DNA of 64,000 nucleotides from Gammaproteobacteria bacterium. Lineage in GTDB: Bacteria > Pseudomonadota > Gammaproteobacteria > HK1. The stretch is taken from positions 3,850,770 to 3,914,769 of the forward strand of contig OZ241901.1 in NCBI GenBank assembly GCA_965202895.1, in the 5' to 3' direction. Position 1 is the first letter of the stretch. Each line of letters opens with the position of its first letter. The translations under genes and the position numbers were made by a program. The notes under the pieces are model-generated. The model did no database searches. It had not been told where the DNA came from and saw nothing but the letters and a program-made list of their open reading frames with translations. Of this stretch, positions 48,169 to 58,287 are shown in pieces.

Positions 48169-49776
48169 ATGGGCAAGGACATCCGGGGCTGGACCCCCGA
48201 GGACGAAGGCTTCTGGGAGCGGGGCGGGCGCGCGGTCGCCAACCGGAACCTGTGGATCTCGATCCCGAGCCTCCTCTGCGGCTTCGCGGTATGGCTGTAC
48301 TGGGGGATCATCACCGTCCAGATGCTCAACCTCGGCTTTCCGTTCGAGAAGCCGGAGCTGTTCACCCTGTCGGCCGTCGCCGGCCTGGCCGGCGCGACCC
48401 TGCGCATCCCGAGCACCTTCTTCATCCGCATCGCGGGGGGGCGCAACACGATCTTCCTCACCACGCTCCTGCTGGTCATTCCGGCCGCCGGAACCGGCCT
48501 CGCCCTGCGGGACCCGGCCACCCCGCTCTGGCAGTTCCAGATCCTCGCCTTCCTCTCGGGAATCGGCGGCGGGAACTTCGCATCCTCGATGTCGAACATC
48601 AGCTTCTTCTTTCCCAAGCGGGTGCAGGGCTACGCCCTCGGCATGAACGCGGGGCTCGGGAACTTCGGCGTCACCACCATGCAGATCCTGGTGCCCCTGG
48701 TGATGACGATGAGCGTGTTCGGGGGCGAGCCGCTGGTCCTCGAGAACACGAGCGGCACCCTCATCGGGAAGATCCCGGCCGGCAGCGACACCTGGATCCA
48801 CAACGCGGGCTTCGTCTGGCTCGTGTTCCTGATCCCCCTCGGCTTCGCGACCTGGTTCGGGATGAACAACGTCCGCGACGAGCACGTGTCCCCGAACATC
48901 GGCCCCCCCTTCCGCGGCTTCGCGATCATCCTCGTGATGCTGGGGATCGGCCTCTTCACCGCCGCGTGCGGCCTGTGGCTCATGCTGCCGGAGGAGGTCG
49001 GCGGCTCCGGGTTCGACCTGAGCAAGTGGCTCGTGCTCCCCCTCGTGATCGCCGGCACGGTGGGGCTGCTGAGGCTGCTGCCGGGGGAGGTCGGCCGGAA
49101 CCTCCACCACCAGTACCGGATCTTCGACAACAAGCACACCTGGGCGATGACCGTCATCTACACCATGACGTTCGGCTCCTTCATCGGCTATGCGGCGACC
49201 TTCGCCCTCGCCACCAAGGTGGTGTTCGGGTTCTCCCACGTGATGGTCGACGGGGTGATGACGCACGACACGGTGAACCCGAACGGCCCGAGCGCCCTGA
49301 CCTGGGCCTGGATGGGCCCCTTCGTCGGCGCGTTGATCCGTCCCGTCGGGGGAACGATCTCGGACCGGATCGGCGGCGCGAAGGTGACCCAGATCATCTC
49401 CGTGGTGATGGTCGCGAGCGCGCTCGGGGTCGCCTGGGTCCTCGGGCGGGCCTATGCGTCCGCGACCCCGGAGCAGTACTTCGCCCCCTTCCTGATCCTG
49501 TTCCTCATCCTGTTCGCGGCCACCGGGATCGGCAACGGCTCGACCTTCCGCACCATCGCGGTGGTGTTCGACCGCGAGCAGGCGGGGCCGGTGCTCGGCT
49601 GGACCTCGGCGGTGGCGGCCTACGGCGCGTTCGTCATCCCGAAGGTGTTCGGCGAGCAGATCCGGGCCACCACCCCGGAGTACGCGCTCTACGGCTTCGC
49701 CGCCTTCTACGCGGTGTGCATCGTCATCAACTGGTGGTTCTACCTGCGGAAGGACGCCTATGTCCGGAATCCTTGA
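48169..49776 (+). CDS. narK2: nitrate/nitrite antiporter (NarK2-type)
   Basis: 535 aa: NLWISIPSLLCGFAVW..., GGGNFASSMSNISFFFP, and a second NNP signature, GGTISDRIGG. Confidence 0.9.
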   Translation: MGKDIRGWTPEDEGFWERGGRAVANRNLWISIPSLLCGFAVWLYWGIITVQMLNLGFPFEKPELFTLSAVAGLAGATLRIPSTFFIRIAGGRNTIFLTTLLLVIPAAGTGLALRDPATPLWQFQILAFLSGIGGGNFASSMSNISFFFPKRVQGYALGMNAGLGNFGVTTMQILVPLVMTMSVFGGEPLVLENTSGTLIGKIPAGSDTWIHNAGFVWLVFLIPLGFATWFGMNNVRDEHVSPNIGPPFRGFAIILVMLGIGLFTAACGLWLMLPEEVGGSGFDLSKWLVLPLVIAGTVGLLRLLPGEVGRNLHHQYRIFDNKHTWAMTVIYTMTFGSFIGYAATFALATKVVFGFSHVMVDGVMTHDTVNPNGPSALTWAWMGPFVGALIRPVGGTISDRIGGAKVTQIISVVMVASALGVAWVLGRAYASATPEQYFAPFLILFLILFAATGIGNGSTFRTIAVVFDREQAGPVLGWTSAVAAYGAFVIPKVFGEQIRATTPEYALYGFAAFYAVCIVINWWFYLRKDAYVRNP

Positions 49777-49830
49777 AGCGTTCGGCAACGCCGCTGCCAA
49801 GGGGCCGCCCCGGCCCCGGGAGAGGGAGAG

Positions 49831-52800
49831 ATGAGCCACCTGATCGACCGGTTGAACTTCTTCCGGGCGACGAACGCCGGGACGTTCGCGGACGGCCACG
49901 GGGTGACGACCACGGAGAGCCGCGGCTGGGAGGACGCGTACCGCAAGCGCTGGCAGCACGACAAGATCGTCCGCTCCACCCACGGGGTGAACTGCACGGG
50001 CTCGTGCTCGTGGAAGATCTACGTCAAGGGCGGGATCGTCACCTGGGAGACCCAGCAGACCGACTACCCGCGGACCCGCCCCGACCTTCCCGACCACGAG
50101 CCGCGGGGGTGCTCGCGGGGCGCGAGCTATAGCTGGTACCTCTACTCGGGCGGCCGGCTCAAGTACCCGCTCGTGCGTTCGCGGCTGCTCAAGCTCTGGC
50201 GCGAGGCGCGCGCGGACCTCGCCCCCGTCGCCGCCTGGCGCTCGATCGTCGAGGACCCGGAGAAGCGCGCCTCGTACACCTCGCGGCGCGGGCTCGGGGG
50301 CTTCGTCCGCTCCCACTGGGACGAGGTGACCGAGATCGTCGCGGCCGCCAACGCCTACACGATCCGCGCCTACGGCCCGGACCGGATCTTCGGCTTCTCC
50401 CCGATCCCCGCGATGTCCATGGTCTCCTACGCGGCGGGGTCCCGCTACCTCTCCCTGCTCGGCGGGGTGTGCATGTCGTTCTACGACTGGTACTGCGACC
50501 TCCCGCCGTCGAGCCCCCAGACCTGGGGCGAGCAGACGGACGTTCCCGAATCGGCCGACTGGTACAACTCGGGCTTCCTCATCCTGTGGGGCTCGAACGT
50601 GCCGCAGACCCGCACCCCGGACGCCCACTTCTTCACCGAAGCGCGCTACAAGGGGGCGAAGTCGGTGGTGATCTGCCCGGACTACTCCGAGGCGAGCAAG
50701 TTCGCGGACGTGTGGCTCGACGTGAAGCAGGGCACCGACGCGGCCCTCGCGATGGCGTTCGGACACGTCATCCTGCGCGAGTTCCACCTCGACCGGCAGG
50801 TGGAGTACTTCACGGACTACTGCCGGCGGTACACGGACCTGCCGATGCTGGTGCGCCTGGTCGAGCGGGGCGGCTACCTGGTCCCGGAGCGCCTGCTGCG
50901 GGCCTCCGATCTCGAGGGCGCGGGCGGCGAGGCCAACAACCCCGAGTGGAAGCCCCTCGCCTTCGACGACCGGACCGGATCGGTGGTCGTGCCGCGGGGG
51001 TCGATCGGGTTCCGGTGGGGGGAGCAGGGCAAGTGGAACCTGGAGCCCCGGGACGGGGAGGGCCGCGAGGTGACGCTTCGCCTGTCCCTCCTGGACGACC
51101 GCGACGAGGCCGCCGCGGTCGGCTTTCCCTACTTCGGCAACCTCGAACACGCCCACTTCGCGGGCACCGACCATCCGAGCGTGCTCGTGCGGAACGTCCC
51201 CGCGAAGCGCCTCCGGCTGGCGGGGGGCGATGTGCTCGCCGCCACCGTCTACGATCTCCTGCTCGCGAGCTACGGGCTCGACCGGGGGCTCGGAGGGGCG
51301 CACGTCGCCGGCTCCTACGACGACCCGGAGCCCTGTACCCCGGCCTGGGCGGAGGCGATCACCGGCATCGCGCGGGATCGGATCGCGTCCGTCGCGCGCG
51401 GCTTCGCCGGCAACGCGGAGCGCACCCGGGGCCGCTCGATGGTGATCATCGGGGCGGCGATGAACCACTGGTACCACATGGACATGAACTACCGCGGGGT
51501 CATCAACCTGCTGGTGATGTGCGGCTGCGTGGGCCAGTCGGGAGGGGGCTGGTCGCACTACGTGGGCCAGGAGAAGCTGCGGCCCCAGACCGGGTGGCTG
51601 CCGCTCGCGTTCGCCCTCGACTGGACCCGGCCGCCCCGGCAGATGAACTCCACCTCCATGTGGTACGCGCACACGGACCAGTGGCGCTACGAGACCCTCG
51701 ACGTCGAGGACATCCTGTCCCCGACCGCACCCGAGGGCGACTGGGGCGGGGCGCTCATCGACTACAACGTGCGGGCGGAGCGGATGGGCTGGCTGCCGTC
51801 CGCCCCCCAGCTCGGGGCGAACCCCCTCGCCGTCGCCCGGGCGGCCGCCGAGGCGGGCCGCGAGGCGGGCGGGTACGTGGCGGAGCAGCTTCGCTCCGGC
51901 GGGCTCCGCATGGCCTGCGAAGACCCCGACGCCCCCGTCAACTGGCCCCGCAACCTCTTCGTGTGGCGCTCGAACCTCCTCGGCTCGTCCGGAAAGGGGC
52001 ACGAGTACTTCCTGAAGCACCTCCTCGGCACCGCGCACGGGGTCATGGGCCAGGACCTCGGAGAGACGGGCGGGAAGAAGCCGCGCGAGGTCGCCTGGCG
52101 CGACCCCGCCCCGGAAGGCAAGCTCGATCTCCTCGTCACCCTCGACTTCCGCATGTCCACCACCTGCCTGTACTCCGACGTGGTGCTGCCGACCGCCACC
52201 TGGTACGAGAAGAACGACCTCAACACGACGGACATGCACCCCTTCATCCACCCGCTCACCGCGGCGGTCGACCCGGTGTGGGAGTGCAAGAGCGACTGGG
52301 AGATCTACAAGGCCATCGCGCGCAAGTTCTCCGAGGTCGCGCCGGAGGTCCTCGGGGTCGAGCAGGACGTGGTGCTCGCGCCGATCCTCCACGACACCCC
52401 GGGCGAGCTCGCCCAACCCTTCGGGGTCGAGGACTGGAAGGCGGGCGGCGCCGAGCCGGTCCCCGGACGGACCATGCCGTCGGTCGTCACCGTCGAGCGC
52501 GACTACCCGGGGCTCTACGAGCGGTTCACCGCCCTCGGCCCGCTCCTGGAGCGCGCCGGCAACGGCGGCAAGGGGATCTCGTGGGACACCGGCGGCGAGG
52601 TGCGGGCGCTTCGCCGGCTGAACGGCGAGGCGGCCCGCGACGGCCCGGCCCGGGGCCTCGCCCGCATCGAGAGCGACGTCGACGCGGCGGAGGTCATCCT
52701 CATGCTCGCGCCGGAGACCAACGGCGAGGTCGCGGTCAAGGCGTGGGAGGCGCTCGGGGCGAACACCGGCCTCGATCACACCCACCTCGCGGCGCCCAGG

Positions 52801-53583
52801 AAGGACGAGAAGGTCCGGTTCCGGGACGTGGTCGCGCAGCCCCGGAAGATCATCTCTTCGCCCACCTGGTCGGGCCTCGAGTCGGAGCACGTCTGCTACA
52901 ACGCGGGCTACACGAACGTCCACGAGCGGATCCCGTGGCGGACCCTGACCGGCCGGCAGCAGATCTACCAGGACCACCCGTGGATGCGGGCCTTCGGGGA
53001 GTCGCTTCCCGCGTACCGCCCTCCCATCGACACCCGGACCATCGCACCGGTCGCGGAGGAGGGCGGCGGCGGCCGGCCTTCGCTGGTCCTGAACTTCATC
53101 ACCCCACACCAGAAATGGGGAATACATTCCACGTATTCCGATAATCTCCTCATGCTGACCCTCAATCGAGGCGGGCCCGTGGTCTGGCTCTCGGAGACGG
53201 ACGCGGCGCGGGTCGGCATCGAGGACAACGACTGGGTGGAGGCGTACAACGCGAACGGCGCGCTCACCGCCCGCGCGGTCGTCTCGCAGCGGATCCGGGA
53301 AGGGACCCTCTTCATGTACCACGCGCAGGAGAAGATCGTGAACACGCCAGGCTCGGAGGTGACCGGCCGGCGGGGCGGGATCCACAACTCGGTGACCCGG
53401 ACGATCACCAAGCCGACCCACATGATCGGCGGCTACGCCCAGCTCTCCTGGGGGTTCAACTACTACGGCACGGTGGGGTCGAACCGCGACGAGTTCGTGA
53501 TCGTGCGGAAGATGGAACGGGTGGACTGGCTGGACCCGCCGGCGGTTCCGGCGGTCCCGGCGGCGGAGGAGGCGGCGCGATGA
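49831..53583 (+). CDS. narG: respiratory nitrate reductase alpha subunit
   Basis: 1250 aa: KIVRSTHGVNCTGSCSWKIYVKGGIVTWETQQTDYP (FS0 cluster motif) plus Mo-bisMGD domains. Confidence 0.97.
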   Translation: MSHLIDRLNFFRATNAGTFADGHGVTTTESRGWEDAYRKRWQHDKIVRSTHGVNCTGSCSWKIYVKGGIVTWETQQTDYPRTRPDLPDHEPRGCSRGASYSWYLYSGGRLKYPLVRSRLLKLWREARADLAPVAAWRSIVEDPEKRASYTSRRGLGGFVRSHWDEVTEIVAAANAYTIRAYGPDRIFGFSPIPAMSMVSYAAGSRYLSLLGGVCMSFYDWYCDLPPSSPQTWGEQTDVPESADWYNSGFLILWGSNVPQTRTPDAHFFTEARYKGAKSVVICPDYSEASKFADVWLDVKQGTDAALAMAFGHVILREFHLDRQVEYFTDYCRRYTDLPMLVRLVERGGYLVPERLLRASDLEGAGGEANNPEWKPLAFDDRTGSVVVPRGSIGFRWGEQGKWNLEPRDGEGREVTLRLSLLDDRDEAAAVGFPYFGNLEHAHFAGTDHPSVLVRNVPAKRLRLAGGDVLAATVYDLLLASYGLDRGLGGAHVAGSYDDPEPCTPAWAEAITGIARDRIASVARGFAGNAERTRGRSMVIIGAAMNHWYHMDMNYRGVINLLVMCGCVGQSGGGWSHYVGQEKLRPQTGWLPLAFALDWTRPPRQMNSTSMWYAHTDQWRYETLDVEDILSPTAPEGDWGGALIDYNVRAERMGWLPSAPQLGANPLAVARAAAEAGREAGGYVAEQLRSGGLRMACEDPDAPVNWPRNLFVWRSNLLGSSGKGHEYFLKHLLGTAHGVMGQDLGETGGKKPREVAWRDPAPEGKLDLLVTLDFRMSTTCLYSDVVLPTATWYEKNDLNTTDMHPFIHPLTAAVDPVWECKSDWEIYKAIARKFSEVAPEVLGVEQDVVLAPILHDTPGELAQPFGVEDWKAGGAEPVPGRTMPSVVTVERDYPGLYERFTALGPLLERAGNGGKGISWDTGGEVRALRRLNGEAARDGPARGLARIESDVDAAEVILMLAPETNGEVAVKAWEALGANTGLDHTHLAAPRKDEKVRFRDVVAQPRKIISSPTWSGLESEHVCYNAGYTNVHERIPWRTLTGRQQIYQDHPWMRAFGESLPAYRPPIDTRTIAPVAEEGGGGRPSLVLNFITPHQKWGIHSTYSDNLLMLTLNRGGPVVWLSETDAARVGIEDNDWVEAYNANGALTARAVVSQRIREGTLFMYHAQEKIVNTPGSEVTGRRGGIHNSVTRTITKPTHMIGGYAQLSWGFNYYGTVGSNRDEFVIVRKMERVDWLDPPAVPAVPAAEEAAR

Positions 53584-55115
53584 AGGTTCGAGCCCAGATC
53601 GGCAAGGTACTGAACCTCGACAAGTGCATCGGGTGCCATACCTGCTCGGTGACCTGCAAGAACGTGTGGACCAACCGGGAAGGCATGGAGTACGCCTGGT
53701 TCAACAACGTCGAGACGAAGCCCGGCACCGGCTATCCCGACGACTGGGAGGACCAGGAGCGGTGGAACGGGGGCTGGAAGCGGACCCGCTCGGGAAGGAT
53801 CAAGCCGAAGATGGGGGGGAAGCTCGCCATCCTCGCGAAGCTCTTCGGCAACCCGGACCTCCCCCGGATCGACGACTACTACGAGCCCTTCACCTTCGAC
53901 TACGAGCACCTCCAGCGCGCGCCGGAAGGAGACGCCTCCCCGACCGCGCGGCCCCGCTCGCTCCTGACCGGCGAGCGCATGGAGAAGATCGAGGGCGGAC
54001 CCAACTGGGAGGAGATCCTCGGCGGGGAGTTCTCCAAGCGGTCCCGCGACACCAACTTCGAGGGGCTCGAGCGGGAGATCTACGGCGAGTTCAAGAACAC
54101 GTTCATGATGTACCTGCCGCGCCTGTGCGAGCACTGTCTCAACCCTTCCTGCGTGGCGGCCTGTCCGTCGGGGGCGATCTACAAGCGCGAGGAAGACGGG
54201 ATCGTGCTCATCGACCAGGAGAAGTGCCGGGGGTGGCGGATGTGCGTCTCCGGATGCCCGTACAAGAAGATCTACTTCAACTGGTCCTCGGGGAAGTCGG
54301 AGAAGTGCACCTTCTGCTATCCGCGGATCGAGAGCGGGCAGCCCACGGTGTGTTCGGAGACCTGCGTCGGGCGCATCCGCTACCTCGGGGTGGTCCTCTA
54401 CGACGCCGACCGCATCGAGTCGGCGGCGAGCGTCGAGGATCCGGCCCGTCTCTACCACGAGCAGCTCGACCTGTTCCTCGATCCGGCCGACCCCGCGGTG
54501 ATCGGGCAGGCGCGGCGGGACGGCGTACCGGAGGCATGGCTCGAGGCGGCGGCGCGTTCCCCGGTCTACCGGCTCGCCATGGACTGGCGGGTGGCGTTCC
54601 CGCTGCACCCGGAGTTCCGCACCCTCCCCATGGTCTGGTACGTGCCGCCGCTCTCTCCGCTTCAATCCGCCGCGGAGGCGGGGATGATCGAGATGGACGG
54701 CGCCGTTCCGGACGTGCGCTCCCTGCGGATCCCGGTCCGCTATCTCGCGAACCTCCTGACGGCCGGGGAGGAGGGGCCGATCGTGCGGGCCCTGGAGCGG
54801 ATGCTGGCGATGCGGGCGTACATGCGCTCGAAGACGGTGGAGGAGGCGGCGGACGAGGCGGTCGCGGCGCGGGTCGGGCTCACCGGGGCGCAGATCGAGG
54901 ACATGTACCGCCTCATGGCCCTCGCCCGCTACGAGGACCGGTTCGTGATCCCCACCGCCCATCGCGAGACGGCCGAGGACGCCTACGACCTCCAGGGGTC
55001 GTGCGGCTTCAGCTTCGGCAACGAGGGTTCCGGCGGATCGTCCCGGCCGAACCTGTTCGGAAGCCCGCGCCGGCGGTCGGTCACGGTCCGGACCCCGACG
55101 GAGTTCCTCCGGTGA
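53580..55115 (+). CDS. narH: respiratory nitrate reductase beta subunit
   Basis: MKVRAQIGKVLNLDKCIGCHTCSVTCKNVW..., with multiple ferredoxin Cys clusters (CEHCLNPSCVAACPSGAI, CRGWRMCVSGCPY). Confidence 0.97.
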   Translation: MKVRAQIGKVLNLDKCIGCHTCSVTCKNVWTNREGMEYAWFNNVETKPGTGYPDDWEDQERWNGGWKRTRSGRIKPKMGGKLAILAKLFGNPDLPRIDDYYEPFTFDYEHLQRAPEGDASPTARPRSLLTGERMEKIEGGPNWEEILGGEFSKRSRDTNFEGLEREIYGEFKNTFMMYLPRLCEHCLNPSCVAACPSGAIYKREEDGIVLIDQEKCRGWRMCVSGCPYKKIYFNWSSGKSEKCTFCYPRIESGQPTVCSETCVGRIRYLGVVLYDADRIESAASVEDPARLYHEQLDLFLDPADPAVIGQARRDGVPEAWLEAAARSPVYRLAMDWRVAFPLHPEFRTLPMVWYVPPLSPLQSAAEAGMIEMDGAVPDVRSLRIPVRYLANLLTAGEEGPIVRALERMLAMRAYMRSKTVEEAADEAVAARVGLTGAQIEDMYRLMALARYEDRFVIPTAHRETAEDAYDLQGSCGFSFGNEGSGGSSRPNLFGSPRRRSVTVRTPTEFLR

Positions 55116-55852
55116 TCCGCTCCCTCAAGGTGCTGTCCCTCCTGCTCACCTACCCGACCGGGGAGATCGCGGCGGCGGCCTCGTCCTTCCCCGCGGCTCT
55201 GGACGAAGAGGGCCTGGTGCCCGAGGGTCGGCGCGGACCGCTTCGGCGGCTCGCCTCCCAGCTCTCCGAGCGGGAGCTCTACGACCTCGAGGAACGCTAC
55301 GTCCTGCTCTTCGACCGCACCCGCTCGCTCTCGCTGCACCTCTTCGAGCACGTGCACGGAGAGAGCCGGGACCGGGGGCAGGCCATGGTGGAGCTGAAGG
55401 AGCTCTACGCGGCGAACGGTCTCGAGATGCCCGCCAACGAGCTGCCGGACTACCTCCCGCTCTTCCTCGAGTTCCTGTCCACGAGGCCGCTCGACGAGGC
55501 CCGGGGTTACCTCGCGGACGTCGTGCACATCGTCTCCGTCCTTGGCGAGCGCCTGCGGAGGCGAAGAAGCATCTACGCCGGCGTCTTCGCGGGGCTCGAG
55601 GCGCTGGCCGGGGCGAAGGCGGAGCGGCAGGACGTGGAAGAGCTGCTCGAACGGCCGGACGACGATCCGAACGACCTCGAAGCCCTCGACCGGGTGTGGG
55701 AGGAGGAGCCGGTGACGTTCGGCGGCCCCGCCCCGAACGCGGCGGCGTCGTGCGGGCCGGACCGGGTGGCCGCGCAGATCCGCGCCGGACGGCGGCCCCC
55801 GCCCCCGGCGGGGCGCCCGTCCCCGGCGGACGCCGGCCGCGGCGCCGGTTGA
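55112..55852 (+). CDS. narJ: nitrate reductase molybdenum cofactor assembly chaperone
   Basis: GTG 55112 overlaps the narH stop. The sequence reads LKVLSLLLTYPT...YVLLFDRTRSLSLHLFEHVHGESRDRGQAMVEL...ELPDYLPLFLEFLS, followed by a Pro/Arg-rich C-terminal tail. Confidence 0.9.
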   Translation: MIRSLKVLSLLLTYPTGEIAAAASSFPAALDEEGLVPEGRRGPLRRLASQLSERELYDLEERYVLLFDRTRSLSLHLFEHVHGESRDRGQAMVELKELYAANGLEMPANELPDYLPLFLEFLSTRPLDEARGYLADVVHIVSVLGERLRRRRSIYAGVFAGLEALAGAKAERQDVEELLERPDDDPNDLEALDRVWEEEPVTFGGPAPNAAASCGPDRVAAQIRAGRRPPPPAGRPSPADAGRGAG

Positions 55853-55909
55853 GGCTCCGGGACCGGCGCGCGCGGGAAGGCGGGAAGGAGCACAAGGAGG
55901 GAGGGGCCC

Positions 55910-56647
55910 ATGGCCGGCTATCTCGATACCCTGGCGTTCGGCATCTACCCCTACGTCGCGCTCGCCGTGCTCGTGGTCGGCTCCGTCGTCCGTTACGACC
56001 GGGAGCCCTATACGTGGCGCTCCGGGTCGAGCCAGCTCCTCCGCCGCCGGCAGCTCATCGTGGGCTCGGTGCTGTTCCACGCCGGGGTGCTGGTGGTGTT
56101 CTTCGGCCACCTGGTGGGTCTCCTGACCCCGATCCAGGTCTTCGAAGCGCTCGGCGTCAGCCACGGCTTCAAGCAGCTCATGGCGATCGTGGTGGGGGGA
56201 GCGGCCGGCGCGGCGGCGCTCGCCGGGGCGACGATGCTCGCCCATCGGCGCTTCTTCGACGCGCGGGTGCGGGCGCAGTCCTCGTTCTCCGACAACCTGG
56301 TGATCGCGATCCTGTGGGTCCAGCTCGTCCTCGGCCTCCTCACCATTCCGGTGTCCCTCGGCCACCTCGACGGGGCCGAGATGGTGAAGCTGATGGCCTG
56401 GGCGCAAGGCATCTTCACCTTCGACCCGGAGGCGGCCGGCTACGTCGCGGGCGCGCACCCCATCTTCAAGCTCCACCTCCTTCTCGGGCTCACGATCTTC
56501 GTCATCTTCCCGTTCACCCGCCTCGTGCACATGCTGAGCGTGCCGATCCGCTATCTGTGGCGCCCGGGCTACCAGGTGGTGCGGTCGCGTCCCGCTCCCC
56601 GGTCGAGGGTCGGTAGGGGCTCGAGCCCGGCCGGCGGCAACCGCTGA
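55910..56647 (+). CDS. narI: respiratory nitrate reductase gamma subunit
   Basis: 245 aa, about 5 TM segments: FGIYPYVALAVLVVGSVVRYDREPYTWRSGSSQLL, with the haem-ligand His context FHAGVL. Confidence 0.95.
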   Translation: MAGYLDTLAFGIYPYVALAVLVVGSVVRYDREPYTWRSGSSQLLRRRQLIVGSVLFHAGVLVVFFGHLVGLLTPIQVFEALGVSHGFKQLMAIVVGGAAGAAALAGATMLAHRRFFDARVRAQSSFSDNLVIAILWVQLVLGLLTIPVSLGHLDGAEMVKLMAWAQGIFTFDPEAAGYVAGAHPIFKLHLLLGLTIFVIFPFTRLVHMLSVPIRYLWRPGYQVVRSRPAPRSRVGRGSSPAGGNR

Positions 56648-56659
56648 CGCGGTTGCCTG

Positions 56660-56682
56660 GCGATTCCGCGGCGCGGAATCGC
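56660..56682 (+). terminator. GC-rich hairpin just after narI (possible terminator; no U-tract)
   Basis: gcgattccgcg-g-cgcggaatcgc is a near-perfect 11-bp inverted repeat that begins 13 bp after the narI stop. Confidence 0.3.
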
Positions 56683-56894
56683 GGGCGCTCCGGCCAGTGC
56701 CTCATCAGTCGGATACTCGAGCCGATCCGTGTGGAATATCCAGGTGACAGGGATGTCGGAATCCCTGTTCCGGTGCTGGAACGGCCAGGGTCGACCGGGA
56801 GGTTCCGCTTGCGTACCCGACCCGTGTGTACGCACGAGGAACGGTCCGGGACCGCGGAGGTGCGCAACCTGGCGACGCCCTGGACGCACGAGAT

Positions 56895-57072
56895 CCGCGC
56901 TTCCTGGGAACGCTTGTGTCCCGCCCGCAAGTGGGACGGCAAGACCACCGCCGATCGATGCGGGGGGGATGTCCGCGTTCCCAGGAAGCGCCGTTCCCAG
57001 GACCTTCACTGCCCTGATCGGCCGAACCGGTTTCATCCACGCTAGCCAGTTCCGCGGCGTGAAACGACCTTG
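56895..57072 (+). repeat. type-2 palindromic element, partial (hairpin plus right arm)
   Basis: cctgggaacgcttgtgtcccgcccgcaagtggg...gcgttcccagg...gaaccggtttcatcc...ttccgcggcgtgaaacgacc. Confidence 0.65.
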
Positions 57073-57076
57073 CGCG

Positions 57077-57778
57077 TCAACGGTTGCCGGCCGCCTCGTT
57101 CATGAGCTGCTCGAACATCCGGGTCTCCGTCTCGCCGAGGGGCCCGAGCCTCCGGAGGCGCTCCAGCCGGACGCGCGCTTCTTCGGCCCGGTCTTCGTGA
57201 AGGGCCGCGATGGCCGCGAACCACAACGCCTTGCGGTGGTCGGGGGCGAGAGCCAGGGCCCGTTCGACCAGCCGGGCCGGCTCACCCTCGAGCCGGTTGC
57301 GGTTCGCCCGGGCGATCGCTTCCGCTTCGGCGAGTAGCCGGACGACCTCCTCGCCGGCCGCCTCCCGCGGCGGCGCGGCATTCCGGACGGCGAAGGGATC
57401 GAGCCCGCGGGGCTCGCCGAGCAGGGCATAGACCCCGGCCGCGAGGAGTGGAAACGCGAGCCCGAGGAAGAGGGCGGCGCCCCGGCGGGGCCGCGCCGCC
57501 GCCGGGTCGGGGCGGACGCCGGCCGGGAGGGCCGCAGGGTCGAGATCCCGCAGCAGCGAGCGGGCGACGTCGTCGTGCGCCGCACGGGTCGCCGGCGGCG
57601 CCCCGGAAGGGTCCTCTTCCCCGGCTTCGATCTCCGTGAGGCGGGCCCGATGCGCCGCGAGTGCCGCGTCGCGCCGATCGGGGCGCGCGGGGTGGGTGCG
57701 CCGCAGGAGCGGCCACGCGAGGAAGCCGGCCCCGGCGGCGGCGAGCCCGGCGGCGAGGACCCAGAACAGCGCGGTCAA
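57077..57778 (-). CDS. ccmI: cytochrome c-type biogenesis protein CcmI/CycH-like (short form)
   Basis: A TTG start overlaps the ccmH stop. The sequence reads LTALFWVLAAGLAAAGAGFLAWPLLRR..., has a second TM segment (AALFLGLAFPLLAAGVYALLG), and ends in a TPR-like tail. The start is uncertain. Confidence 0.7.
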   Translation of the reverse strand: MTALFWVLAAGLAAAGAGFLAWPLLRRTHPARPDRRDAALAAHRARLTEIEAGEEDPSGAPPATRAAHDDVARSLLRDLDPAALPAGVRPDPAAARPRRGAALFLGLAFPLLAAGVYALLGEPRGLDPFAVRNAAPPREAAGEEVVRLLAEAEAIARANRNRLEGEPARLVERALALAPDHRKALWFAAIAALHEDRAEEARVRLERLRRLGPLGETETRMFEQLMNEAAGNR

Positions 57779-58287
57779 TCCGGCGGCCCGGGCCTGCGCT
57801 CCGCTTCCAGGAGCCCGGCGAGCCGGCGCCGGTCCTCCCCGGTGATCCTCTCGCCGGCCGGGGCGCGCCTTCGGACCCGCACCAGGAGCCCGGCGAGGGC
57901 CGCGAGCGCGAGGGCGAAGGGGCCGCACCAGAGCAGGGCCGTCGCCGCGTCGAAGGGCGGCCGGTAGCGCACGAAGTTGCCGTAGCGGGCCACCATGTAC
58001 GCGAGGATCTCCTCGTCGGAACGCCCGTCCCGAAGCATCTCGTCGACCTTGTCGCGAAGGTCGCGGGCGAGGTCCGCATTCGAGTCCGCGATGCTCTGGT
58101 TCTGGCAGACGAGGCAGCGGATCTCTTCGACCAGGCCGCGGTACCGGTCCGCGAGCTCGGGAGAGGGGAAGGAACGCGGCTCCATCCCCGGCGCCGGCGA
58201 AGCGACCAGGCCGGCCGCGAAGAGCATCGCGCCCGCGAGCCGCCACCGCCTGCGTTTCGGTCCCATCGGCGCGGCAATGTCCTTCAT
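57775..58287 (-). CDS. ccmH: cytochrome c-type biogenesis protein CcmH/CycL
   Basis: FPSPELADRYRGLVEEIRCLVCQNQSIADSNADLARDLR (CXXC motif) with a C-terminal TM segment. An alternative start is at 58266. Confidence 0.85.
   Translation of the reverse strand: MKDIAAPMGPKRRRWRLAGAMLFAAGLVASPAPGMEPRSFPSPELADRYRGLVEEIRCLVCQNQSIADSNADLARDLRDKVDEMLRDGRSDEEILAYMVARYGNFVRYRPPFDAATALLWCGPFALALAALAGLLVRVRRRAPAGERITGEDRRRLAGLLEAERRPGPPD

Noticed and set aside
46618-53421. 2267-aa minus-strand ORF, the longest in the track.
   Set aside because: It is antisense to narK1, narK2 and narG, all of which have unmistakable motifs. Its translation is a monotonous R/G/P/E/D/H-rich string with no domains. It is a classic GC-rich antisense open frame.
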